Assembly: GCA_030696455.1 (NCBI GenBank)
Contig: JAUYSH010000026.1
Coordinates: 8,764 to 72,763 of the forward strand
Direction: 5' to 3'
DNA from: Elusimicrobiota bacterium
Lineage (GTDB): Bacteria; Elusimicrobiota; Elusimicrobia; UBA1565; UBA9628
Length of the DNA: 64,000 nucleotides
Below the pieces are notes generated by a model. The model made no database searches. It had not been told where the DNA came from and saw only the letters and a list, made by a program, of their open reading frames with translations. The position numbers and the translations under genes were made by a program. Of the stretch, positions 1 to 7,467 are shown piece after piece; the first letter of the stretch is position 1, and each line of letters opens with the position of its first letter.

Positions 1-52
1 CCCCGAGCCCCAGCCCAAGCTCGCCCCCGCCCCCAAGCCCGACCGGCGCTGA

Positions 53-1696
53 ATGCTGGTTCCCCGGCTCATCGTCTTCAGCCTGGCGCTCGGCGGCCTG
101 CGCGACCCGCGCCTGTTCGCCTTGGCCGGCGCCGCCGCCTGGGCCGCCGTCTGGCTTCAGCGCCCCGCTCTCGGCCCCGCGGCCGCTTGGCTTCCCTGGC
201 TCGGCTGGGCCGCGCTCTCGACCGCCGTCTCCGCCCAGCCCCTCGCGGGCCTTCCCGTGCTCGCGCGCTGGTCCGCGGTCCTCGCCTGCGCCTCCCTCGC
301 CGCCTCCTGGAACGCGCGCGAGCGCGAGGACTGGCTCAAGTCCTTCCTCGTCGTCGCCGCCGCGCTGGCCGCCGCCGCGCTCGTCACCGGCGGCCGCCAT
401 GACTGGCGCAACGAGATGACCGGGCTGCTCCCTCCCTACTACAACTACACGGCCTTCGCCCTGTCCGCGGCGGCCGCCGCGGCCGCGGCCTGGGTCCTTC
501 ATCCGCGCGGAGCGAAGGTCGACGACGCGAAGGCCGCCGTGGCGCTGTGCGCGTTGGCGGTCGCCTGCCTTTTCCTCGCCCGCTCGCGCGGGGCGCTTTT
601 GGGCCTAAGCTCCGCTGCTGCCGTCTGGGCCGTCCGTCGCTGGGGCGCGCGCGCCGCGGTCCCGCTCGGCGTCGCCGCCGCCCTGTTCGCGGGCGCGATC
701 GCCGGAGGACTCCTGCCCGATCCGGTCGAGGATCTCCTCTTCAAAAAATACCGCCTTCACGCCGAGGCCCGCCCCCGCCTTTGGCGCGCGGCCGCCGCCG
801 TCGCGTCGGACCGCCCCTGGCTCGGCACGGGCCCCGGCAGCTTCGCCGTCGGCTTCCGCCATGTTCCCGTCGTGTTCGAAGACGGCGCCGCCCGTTGGTC
901 GTTGAGCACGGACTACGCCCACAGCGAGCCGCTGCAGACCGCGGCTGAGACCGGCTGGGCGGGCCTCGCGCTGTGGCTGCTCGGCGCGGGCGCCGCCCTG
1001 CGCGCGCTCCTGCGCCGCGCCGACGCCGACCCCATCCGCGAAGCCGCCGCCGTCGCCGCCGCCGCGATGACGGCCCAGATCGCGGTCGACAACATGCTGC
1101 AGATCCCCGCGCTGGCCGCGCTGTGGCTGTGCGCCCTGGCGATCTCTGCGCCCCCGGCCGAGATGAAGCCCCGGCCCTGGCCTCCCGCGGCCATCCTCGC
1201 CGGCGCGGCCCTCGTGCTTACCGCGTGGATACCCGGGACCCTCGCCGCGACCTCTCCCTCGCGCGCCGCGGCGATCTTCCCGGCGGAGCCCGGCCCGCGC
1301 GAGGACCTGGCCTACGCCGCGATGGCCGCGGGCCGCGCCGCGGAGGCCGAAGCGCACTGGGCCGCCGCCCAGCGCCTCGAGCCCTTCAACGCGATCTATC
1401 CCTGGCGCCGCGCCCAGCTCGCGGGCGTAGCCGGGCAATGGGCGAGAGCCGAGCCGCTGGCCGCGCGCGCCATCGAACTCGAGCCGGGCTTTTTTAGCGC
1501 GCGCCTCTTGCGCGCCGAGGCCTTGGTCCGCCTAGGCCGAATCCGCGAGGCCCGCGCCGAACTCGAAGAGGTCCTCAGGCGGCGCGCCTCCCCCCTCCCC
1601 GCGGCGGCCTCCGGCTATGACCGGACCGTGGCGTCCTTCGACGAGCCTTCCTTCCAACGAGTATCCGCCCTGGCTCGCCGCCCGCCGCCTCGCTGA
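53..1696 (+). CDS. O-antigen ligase / Wzy_C-family membrane protein with C-terminal TPR domain
   Basis: 547 aa. Multi-TM Ala/Leu-rich N-terminal part. Wzy_C-type motifs SRGALLGL, RPRLWRAAAAVASDRPWLGTGPGSF and AHSEPLQTAAETGWAGL. The last ~120 aa read as TPR repeats (AEAEAHWAAAQRLEPFNAIYPW, AIELEPGFFSARLLRAEALVRLGRIREA). Confidence 0.75.
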   Translation: MLVPRLIVFSLALGGLRDPRLFALAGAAAWAAVWLQRPALGPAAAWLPWLGWAALSTAVSAQPLAGLPVLARWSAVLACASLAASWNAREREDWLKSFLVVAAALAAAALVTGGRHDWRNEMTGLLPPYYNYTAFALSAAAAAAAAWVLHPRGAKVDDAKAAVALCALAVACLFLARSRGALLGLSSAAAVWAVRRWGARAAVPLGVAAALFAGAIAGGLLPDPVEDLLFKKYRLHAEARPRLWRAAAAVASDRPWLGTGPGSFAVGFRHVPVVFEDGAARWSLSTDYAHSEPLQTAAETGWAGLALWLLGAGAALRALLRRADADPIREAAAVAAAAMTAQIAVDNMLQIPALAALWLCALAISAPPAEMKPRPWPPAAILAGAALVLTAWIPGTLAATSPSRAAAIFPAEPGPREDLAYAAMAAGRAAEAEAHWAAAQRLEPFNAIYPWRRAQLAGVAGQWARAEPLAARAIELEPGFFSARLLRAEALVRLGRIREARAELEEVLRRRASPLPAAASGYDRTVASFDEPSFQRVSALARRPPPR

Positions 1697-1709
1697 TCCC
1701 CGGGTGAAA

Positions 1710-1718
1710 TGCTAGGAT
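1710..1718 (+). promoter_or_regulatory. Extended -10-like box TGCTAGGAT, 7 nt upstream of the rfbF ATG
   Basis: AT-rich TGnTAnnnT match in the 29-nt gap between two genes. The spacer to ATG 1726 is 7 nt (candidate leaderless start). The AGGA inside the box could alternatively act as a Shine-Dalgarno site. Confidence 0.35.
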
Positions 1719-1725
1719 TAACCTC

Positions 1726-2505
1726 ATGAAAGTCGTCATCTTGGCGGGCGGAAAAGGCACGCGTTTCGCCGAGGAGACGGATCGGCGCCCGAAGCCGATG
1801 ATCGAGATCGGAGATCGGCCGATTCTCTGGCACATCATGCATCGCTATTCCGCCTTCGGCCTGAGGGATTTCATCATCTGCCTCGGCTATAAAGGCTATA
1901 CGATCAAAGAGTATTTCGCGAACTACCTGCTCCACTCTTCCGACGTCACCATCGACCTGCGCCGCGGGACCACCTTGATCCACCGCCGCAACGCGGAGCC
2001 TTGGAAGGTCACCCTCGTCGACACCGGAGAGGAGAGCATGACCGGGGGACGCCTCAAGCGGGTCAAGGATTACGTCGGTCGCGGCACCTTTCACATGACG
2101 TACGGCGACGGGGTTTCCGATGTCGATCTACGCGCCCTGACCTCGTTTCATCGTAAGGCCGGCCGCGACGCGACCGTCACGGCGGTGCGCCCGCCGGGAC
2201 GTTTCGGCTCCCTCGAGCTCAAGGGCGACCGCGTCGCGCGCTTCCAGGAGAAGCCCGGCGGCGACGGAGGCCGGATCAACGGGGGCTATTTCGTCTTGGA
2301 ACCTTCGGTCATCGACCTCATCGACGGCGACGATACCTTCTGGGAGCGCGTGCCGATGGAGCGCCTCGCCGCCCGCGGGCAGCTCGGCGCGTATTCCCAC
2401 GACGGGTTTTGGCACCCGATGGACACATTGCGCGACAAGAAGTACCTGGAGGAGCTGTGGATGAGCGGCAAGGCGCCGTGGCTGGTCCGCGGCCGCAAAT
2501 CCTGA
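1726..2505 (+). CDS. rfbF: Glucose-1-phosphate cytidylyltransferase (CDP-glucose synthase)
   Basis: 259 aa. MKVVILAGGKGTRFAEETDRRPKPMIEIGDRPILWHIMHRYSAFGLRDFIICLGYKGYTIKEYFANY is a near-textbook RfbF/DdhA N-terminus. A CDP-glucose 4,6-dehydratase lies downstream. Confidence 0.93.
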   Translation: MKVVILAGGKGTRFAEETDRRPKPMIEIGDRPILWHIMHRYSAFGLRDFIICLGYKGYTIKEYFANYLLHSSDVTIDLRRGTTLIHRRNAEPWKVTLVDTGEESMTGGRLKRVKDYVGRGTFHMTYGDGVSDVDLRALTSFHRKAGRDATVTAVRPPGRFGSLELKGDRVARFQEKPGGDGGRINGGYFVLEPSVIDLIDGDDTFWERVPMERLAARGQLGAYSHDGFWHPMDTLRDKKYLEELWMSGKAPWLVRGRKS

Positions 2506-3737
2506 GCGCCGCGCACGCCTGCCGCTTCTGCGGCGCGTCCCTGACGCGCACGTTCGCCGATCTCGGCCTCACGCCGCCGTCCAACTCCTTCGTGCGTCCC
2601 GACGCGGCCGACCTCGGCGAGGCCTTCCTCCCCCTGCACGCCTTCGTCTGCGGCGGCTGCTTCCTGGTCCAGATCGGCGAATACCGCAGCCCGCAGGCGA
2701 TCTTCGAGGACTACGCGTATTTCTCCTCTTTCTCCGACAGCTGGCTGGCCCACGCCAAGCGCTACTCGGAAGCGATCACGGAGCGCCTGCGCCTGGGACC
2801 GAAGAGCCTTGTCGTCGAGCTCGCGAGCAACGACGGCTATCTGCTCCGCAACTTCAAGGAGCGAGGGATCCCCTGCCTCGGCGTCGAGCCCGCCAAGAAC
2901 GTCGCCAAGACCGCGGTGGAAAAAGGAATCCCGACCATCAGCGAGTTCTTCGGGACCGTCCTGGCCCGCCGCCTGGTCTCGGAAGGGCGCCGGGCCGACC
3001 TGCTGCTCGGCAATAACGTGCTCGCCCATGTCCCCGCGCTCAACGACTTCGTCGCGGGGATGAAGATCCTCCTGGCGCCGGGCGGCACGATCACGATGGA
3101 GTTCCCGCATCTCCAGCGCCTCATCGAGCAGAACCAGTTCGACACGATCTACCACGAGCATTTCTCCTATTTCTCGTTCGTCGCCGTCGAGCGCGTGTTC
3201 GCGAAGGCGGGCCTGGCCGTGTTCGACGTCGAGGAGCTTCCCACCCACGGCGGCTCCCTGCGCATCTACGCGCGCCACGCCGAGGGCGACCCCCGCCCGG
3301 TCACGCAAGCCGCGAGCGCGCTCGCCGCGCGGGAGCGCGCGCTCGGATACGAGAAGCTCGAGACCTACGACGCCTTCGCCGAGGGCGTGCGCCGCACGAA
3401 GCGAGATCTGCTGACCTTGCTCATCGGCCTGAAGCGCGACGGCAAGCGCCTCGCCGGTTACGGCGCGCCCGCCAAGGGAAACACGCTGTTGAACTACTGC
3501 GGCATCGGGCCCGACTTCCTCGACTACACCGTCGACCGCAGCCCCCACAAGCAAGGCACGCTTCTTCCCGGCACGCGCATCCCGGTCCGCGCGCCCGAGG
3601 CCCTGAAGGAGACCCGGCCCGATTTCGTGCTCATCCTCCCGTGGAACCTGAAAGATGAGATCGTCTCTCAAACCTCGTTCATCCGGGAATGGGGCGGCAA
3701 GCACATCGTGCCGATCCCCGCGCCGGCCGTCCTCTGA
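2478..3737 (+). CDS. NDP-hexose C-methyltransferase (TylCIII-like, class I SAM-dependent)
   Basis: Zn-ribbon CRFCG...CGGC. MT core VVELASNDGYLL, NVLAHVP, FDTIYHEHFSYFS, HGGSLRIY. C-terminal GYGAPAKGNTLLNYCG...PHKQG domain. The track ORF starts at 2409 inside rfbF; GTG 2478 or CTG 2502 is more plausible, so the start is uncertain. Confidence 0.82.
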   Translation: MAGPRPQILSAAHACRFCGASLTRTFADLGLTPPSNSFVRPDAADLGEAFLPLHAFVCGGCFLVQIGEYRSPQAIFEDYAYFSSFSDSWLAHAKRYSEAITERLRLGPKSLVVELASNDGYLLRNFKERGIPCLGVEPAKNVAKTAVEKGIPTISEFFGTVLARRLVSEGRRADLLLGNNVLAHVPALNDFVAGMKILLAPGGTITMEFPHLQRLIEQNQFDTIYHEHFSYFSFVAVERVFAKAGLAVFDVEELPTHGGSLRIYARHAEGDPRPVTQAASALAARERALGYEKLETYDAFAEGVRRTKRDLLTLLIGLKRDGKRLAGYGAPAKGNTLLNYCGIGPDFLDYTVDRSPHKQGTLLPGTRIPVRAPEALKETRPDFVLILPWNLKDEIVSQTSFIREWGGKHIVPIPAPAVL

Positions 3738-3738
3738 C

Positions 3739-4824
3739 ATGAGGAGCTTCTACGCCGGGCGTCGCGTGCTCGTGACCGGCCATACCGGCTTCAAGGGATC
3801 CTGGCTGACGCTCTGGCTCCGGGCCCTCGGCGCGCGCGTCACCGGGATCTCCCTGCCGCCGGAGCGCGGGACGTCGCCGTTCCGCAGCCTCGGCCTCGCC
3901 GGGATGGTGGATTCGCGCTTCGTCGACATCACCGACGCCGCGCGGCTGCGCCGCGCGGTCGCCGCCGCCCGTCCCGAGATCGTCTTCCATCTCGCCGCGC
4001 AGTCCCTGGTGCGCCGCTCCTACCGCGAGCCCGAGCGGACCTTCGAGACCAACGTGATGGGGACGCTTCACGTGGCGCGCGCGGCCGCCGCCGCCGGGGC
4101 GCGCGTCGTCCTCTGCGCGACCACCGATAAGTGCTACGACCGGCCCGAATCCGGCCGGGCTTTCGTCGAGACCGATCCGCTCGGCGGGCACGACCCCTAC
4201 AGCGCGAGCAAGGCCTGCTCCGAGATCGCCGCCGCGAGCGTGCGCGACTCGTTCCTGCGCGGGACGCGCACCTCGCTCTCGACTTTGCGCGCCGGCAACG
4301 TGATCGGCGGCGCCGACTGGGCCGAGGACCGACTCCTCCCGGACTGCGCTCGGGCCTTCGCCGCCGGCCGCCCGGCGGTCATCCGCAACGCGCGCTCGAT
4401 CCGTCCGTGGCAGCACGTCCTCGACCCTCTGGCCGGCTACCTCTGGCTGGCGGCGCGGCAATGGCGCGACCCGGCGCTGGCGGGCGCCTGGAACTTCGGT
4501 CCCGATCCCCGCTCGGGAGACTTGACCGCGCTCGACGTCGCCCGCCGGGCGGCGTCTCGCTGGGGCGCGGGCGCGACCGTCGTCGTGCGACCGGCGAAGC
4601 ACGCGCCGCCCGAAGCGCCGGTCCTGCGCCTGAACCCCGCGAAGGCGCGCCGCGGCCTCGGCTGGCGGACCATGCATTCCCCCGCTGAGGCGGTGGACAT
4701 GACCATCGACTGGTACCGCGCCGCGCCCCGGGGCGGACGCGAGGGCGCGGCCGCCGCGCTCCTGCAGATCGACGCGCACGTCTCCCGGGCGCGCGCGCGC
4801 CGCGCGGCCTGGGCGGCCGCGTGA
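3739..4824 (+). CDS. rfbG: CDP-glucose 4,6-dehydratase
   Basis: MRSFYAGRRVLVTGHTGFKGSWLTLWLRALGARVTG. Extended-SDR fold with YSASKA (Y-x-x-x-K). ATG 3739, right after the upstream stop, was chosen over the track start 3655. Confidence 0.9.
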   Translation: MRSFYAGRRVLVTGHTGFKGSWLTLWLRALGARVTGISLPPERGTSPFRSLGLAGMVDSRFVDITDAARLRRAVAAARPEIVFHLAAQSLVRRSYREPERTFETNVMGTLHVARAAAAAGARVVLCATTDKCYDRPESGRAFVETDPLGGHDPYSASKACSEIAAASVRDSFLRGTRTSLSTLRAGNVIGGADWAEDRLLPDCARAFAAGRPAVIRNARSIRPWQHVLDPLAGYLWLAARQWRDPALAGAWNFGPDPRSGDLTALDVARRAASRWGAGATVVVRPAKHAPPEAPVLRLNPAKARRGLGWRTMHSPAEAVDMTIDWYRAAPRGGREGAAAALLQIDAHVSRARARRAAWAAA

Positions 4825-5591
4825 GCGCCGTCGCCCGCACGATCCGCGTCATCCCGCGGTTCGACATCAAGGGGCCCAACCTCGTCAAAGGCGTCCGGCT
4901 CGAGGGCCTGCGCAAGCTGGGCCCTCCCGGTCCGTTCGCGGCGAAGTACTACGCGCAAGGCGCCGACGAGCTGATCTACATCGACATCGTCGCCAGCCTG
5001 TACGGCCGGAATAACCTGACCGAGATCGTCGAGCAGACGGCGGGCGAGATCTTCGTGCCGCTGACGGTCGGCGGCGGCGTGCGCTCCGTCGACGATTTCA
5101 AGACGCTGCTGCGCTCCGGCGCCGACAAGGTCGCGGTGAACACCGCCGCGATCCGCGACCCGAAGATCCTGACCGACGCCGCCCGCGCCTTCGGGGCGCA
5201 ATGCGTGGTGCTCTCGATCGAGGCGATGAAGCAGCCCGACGGCCGGTGGGAGGCGTTCACCGACAACGGCCGGGAGCGCACCGGCGTCGACGCCGTCGAT
5301 TGGGCCAGACGGGCGGAGTCTCTCGGCGCCGGAGAAATCCTGCTGACCTCGGTCGACCGCGAGGGAACGAAGAAGGGCTACGATCTCGAGCTGATCCGCG
5401 CCGTCTCGGACCTGGTGAGCATACCGGTGATCGCCAGCGGCGGCGCCGGCGCGCCCGGGCATTTCCGCGCCGCGATCGAAACGGGCCGGGCGGACGCGGT
5501 CGCGGCCGCGCACGTCCTGCATTACGGCGAGATGACGATCGCCGGCATCAAGTCGGCGCTGGTCGGCCCCGGCGTCGAGGTGCGCGCGTGA
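4821..5591 (+). CDS. wbuZ: HisF-like cyclase subunit of a glycosyl amidation system (WbuZ/AglZ type), copy 1
   Basis: RVIPRFDIKG..VKG, GADELIYIDI, PLTVGGGVRS, GADKVAVNTAA, LTSVDREGTKKGYD, PVIASGGAG. GTG start overlaps the rfbG stop (GTGA). Partnered with HisH-like and WbuX-like genes, not with his biosynthesis genes. Confidence 0.88.
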   Translation: MSAVARTIRVIPRFDIKGPNLVKGVRLEGLRKLGPPGPFAAKYYAQGADELIYIDIVASLYGRNNLTEIVEQTAGEIFVPLTVGGGVRSVDDFKTLLRSGADKVAVNTAAIRDPKILTDAARAFGAQCVVLSIEAMKQPDGRWEAFTDNGRERTGVDAVDWARRAESLGAGEILLTSVDREGTKKGYDLELIRAVSDLVSIPVIASGGAGAPGHFRAAIETGRADAVAAAHVLHYGEMTIAGIKSALVGPGVEVRA

Positions 5592-6223
5592 GCCTCTCCG
5601 TCGCGGTCGTCGACTACGGCCGAGGAAACCTGTTCAGCATCTCCCGCGCGCTCGCGCACCTCGGCGCGGAGGCGCGAGTGACCGCCGACCCCGCCGAGAT
5701 AGCGTCCGCCGGTCGGCTGATCCTTCCCGGCGTCGGCGCGTTCGGCGACGGCATGGAGAACCTGCGCGAGCGGGGCCTCGTCGAGCCGCTGAAGGCCTAC
5801 GCGGCGACCGGTCGCCCGCTCCTGGGCATCTGCCTCGGCATGCAGCTGCTCATGGACGAGAGCGAGGAGTTCGGACGGCACGCGGGGCTCGGCCTGGTCC
5901 CCGGACGGGTGCGCCGCTTCCCCGATTCGCCCGAGCGCCGGTGGCGGGTGCCTCACGTCGGGTGGAGCGCCCTCGAGACGGGCGGCGCCGGCTGGCGCGG
6001 CTCCGCGCTCGAAGGCTTGAAGGCCGGGGAGCGCATGTATTTCGTGCATTCGTACTTCGTCGAGACCGCGAAGCCCGAGCACCGGCTCGCCGTCACGCCC
6101 TACGCGGGGCTCGAGTTCTGCTCGGTCCTGCGCGCGGGCTCCGTCGAAGGCTGTCAATTCCATCCCGAGAAAAGCGGAGAAAGCGGCTTATGCCTCCTGA
6201 AAACCTGGCTGACGAAACACTAG
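5588..6223 (+). CDS. wbuY: HisH-like glutamine amidotransferase subunit (WbuY type), copy 1
   Basis: VAVVDYGRGNLFSISRAL, ILPGVGAFG, LGICLGMQLL (Cys nucleophile), HVGW, FHPEKSG. GTGA overlap with the upstream gene. The track ORF 5201 carries an out-of-frame-shadow N-terminal extension. Confidence 0.88.
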   Translation: MSLSVAVVDYGRGNLFSISRALAHLGAEARVTADPAEIASAGRLILPGVGAFGDGMENLRERGLVEPLKAYAATGRPLLGICLGMQLLMDESEEFGRHAGLGLVPGRVRRFPDSPERRWRVPHVGWSALETGGAGWRGSALEGLKAGERMYFVHSYFVETAKPEHRLAVTPYAGLEFCSVLRAGSVEGCQFHPEKSGESGLCLLKTWLTKH

Positions 6224-7467
6224 CGACGAAATTCGGGCTTCCGGCGAAGGTCGCCTTCTGCAAGATCTGCGTGATCTCGAACCAGCGCCCGAACTCCGCC
6301 GTCGAATACCAGCACACGAAGGACACGAAGAAATCGACCATCGGCTTCGATGCCGAGGGCGTGTGCGACGCCTGCCGCTTCACCGAAAAGAAGAACCGCG
6401 AGATCGACTGGAAACAGCGCGACCTCGAGCTGCGCGCGCTGTGCGACCGCTTCCGCCGCGACGACGGCCGCTACGACTGCCTCGTGCCCGGCTCCGGCGG
6501 CAAGGACAGCTTCTACGCCGCGCACAAGCTCAAGGTCGAGTACGGCATGCACCCCCTGACCTTGACCTGGGCGCCGCACATCTACACCGACTGGGGCTGG
6601 CGCAACCTCCAGCTGTGGATCCACGCGGGGTTCGACAACCATCTCGTCACGCCGAACGGCCGCGTGCACCGCCTGCTGACGCGGCTCGCGCTCGAGCGCT
6701 TGTTCCATCCGTTCCAGCCGTTCATCATCGGCCAAAAGGCGATCGCGCCGAAGGCGGCGGCCGCGCTCGACATCCCCCTCATCTTTTACGGGGAGAACGA
6801 GGCCGAATACGGCAATCCGCTGCTCGACAACTCGACCGCCAAGCGCGACCACGCCTACTTCGCGTCGGCCGACCAGTCGAAGATCTTCCTCAGCGGCACG
6901 TCGGTCAAGGAGCTCAAGGAGGACTTCGGCCTGGTCAGCAACGATCTCGAGCCTTACATGCCCGTCCATCCGGACGCGCTCGCGAAGGTCGGCGCCGAGG
7001 TCCACTATCTCGGCTACTACCTGAAATGGCATCCGCAGAGCTGCTACTACTACGCCGTCGAGCACGGCGGCTTCGAGGCCTCGCCCGAGCGCGTCCCCGG
7101 GACCTACAGCAAGTACAACAGCCTCGACGACAAGATGGACGACTTCCACTGGTGGACGACGCACGTGAAGTTCGGGATCGGCCACGCGACCTTCGACGCG
7201 TCGCAGGAGATCCGGTCCGGCGACATCGACCGGGAGGAGGGCGTCGCGCTGGTCAAGAGGTTCGACGGGGAATTCCCGGAACGCTTCCTCAAGGACTTGC
7301 TCGAGTATCTCTCCATCGACCCGAAGACCTTCCCGGCCGCGTCGGCGCGCTTCAAGGATTGGAAGATGACGCGTGAAAGCTTCCTCGCGCTCGCCGAGCA
7401 GTTCCGCTCGCCTCATCTCTGGAAGAAGGAAGGCGGCCAGTGGAAGCTCCGGCACCAGGTCCGGTGA
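6191..7467 (+). CDS. wbuX: N-acetyl sugar amidotransferase (WbuX/WbpG/PseA family), copy 1
   Basis: MPPENLADETL... Cys-rich CKICVISNQRPNS...CDAC followed by PP-loop LVPGSGGKDSFY. ~425 aa. Start ATG 6191 overlaps the wbuY end by 33 nt. Confidence 0.85.

Noticed and set aside
2-52. Open frame running in from the left edge (PEPQPKLAPAPKPDRR, then TGA at 50-52, directly abutting ATG 53)
   Set aside because: This is probably the Pro-rich C-terminus of an upstream gene. However, 17 codons are too few to support a call.
2286-3740. Other long minus-strand or out-of-frame ORFs (e.g. 2286..3740, 6220..7455, 21409..23133, 24919..26619, 26258..27967, 51230..53026, 59723..60919)
   Set aside because: All overlap + strand genes that carry clear family motifs. 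All have biased Arg/Gly/Ala/Pro compositions. They are treated as GC-driven shadow ORFs.
4821-6223. HisF/HisH homologues (also 17190..18591) as histidine biosynthesis genes
   Set aside because: No hisA/B/C/D/G/I genes are nearby. Both pairs are adjacent to WbuX/PseA-type amidotransferases within a glycan locus. That is the established signature of the glycosyl-amidation (acetamidino) system.
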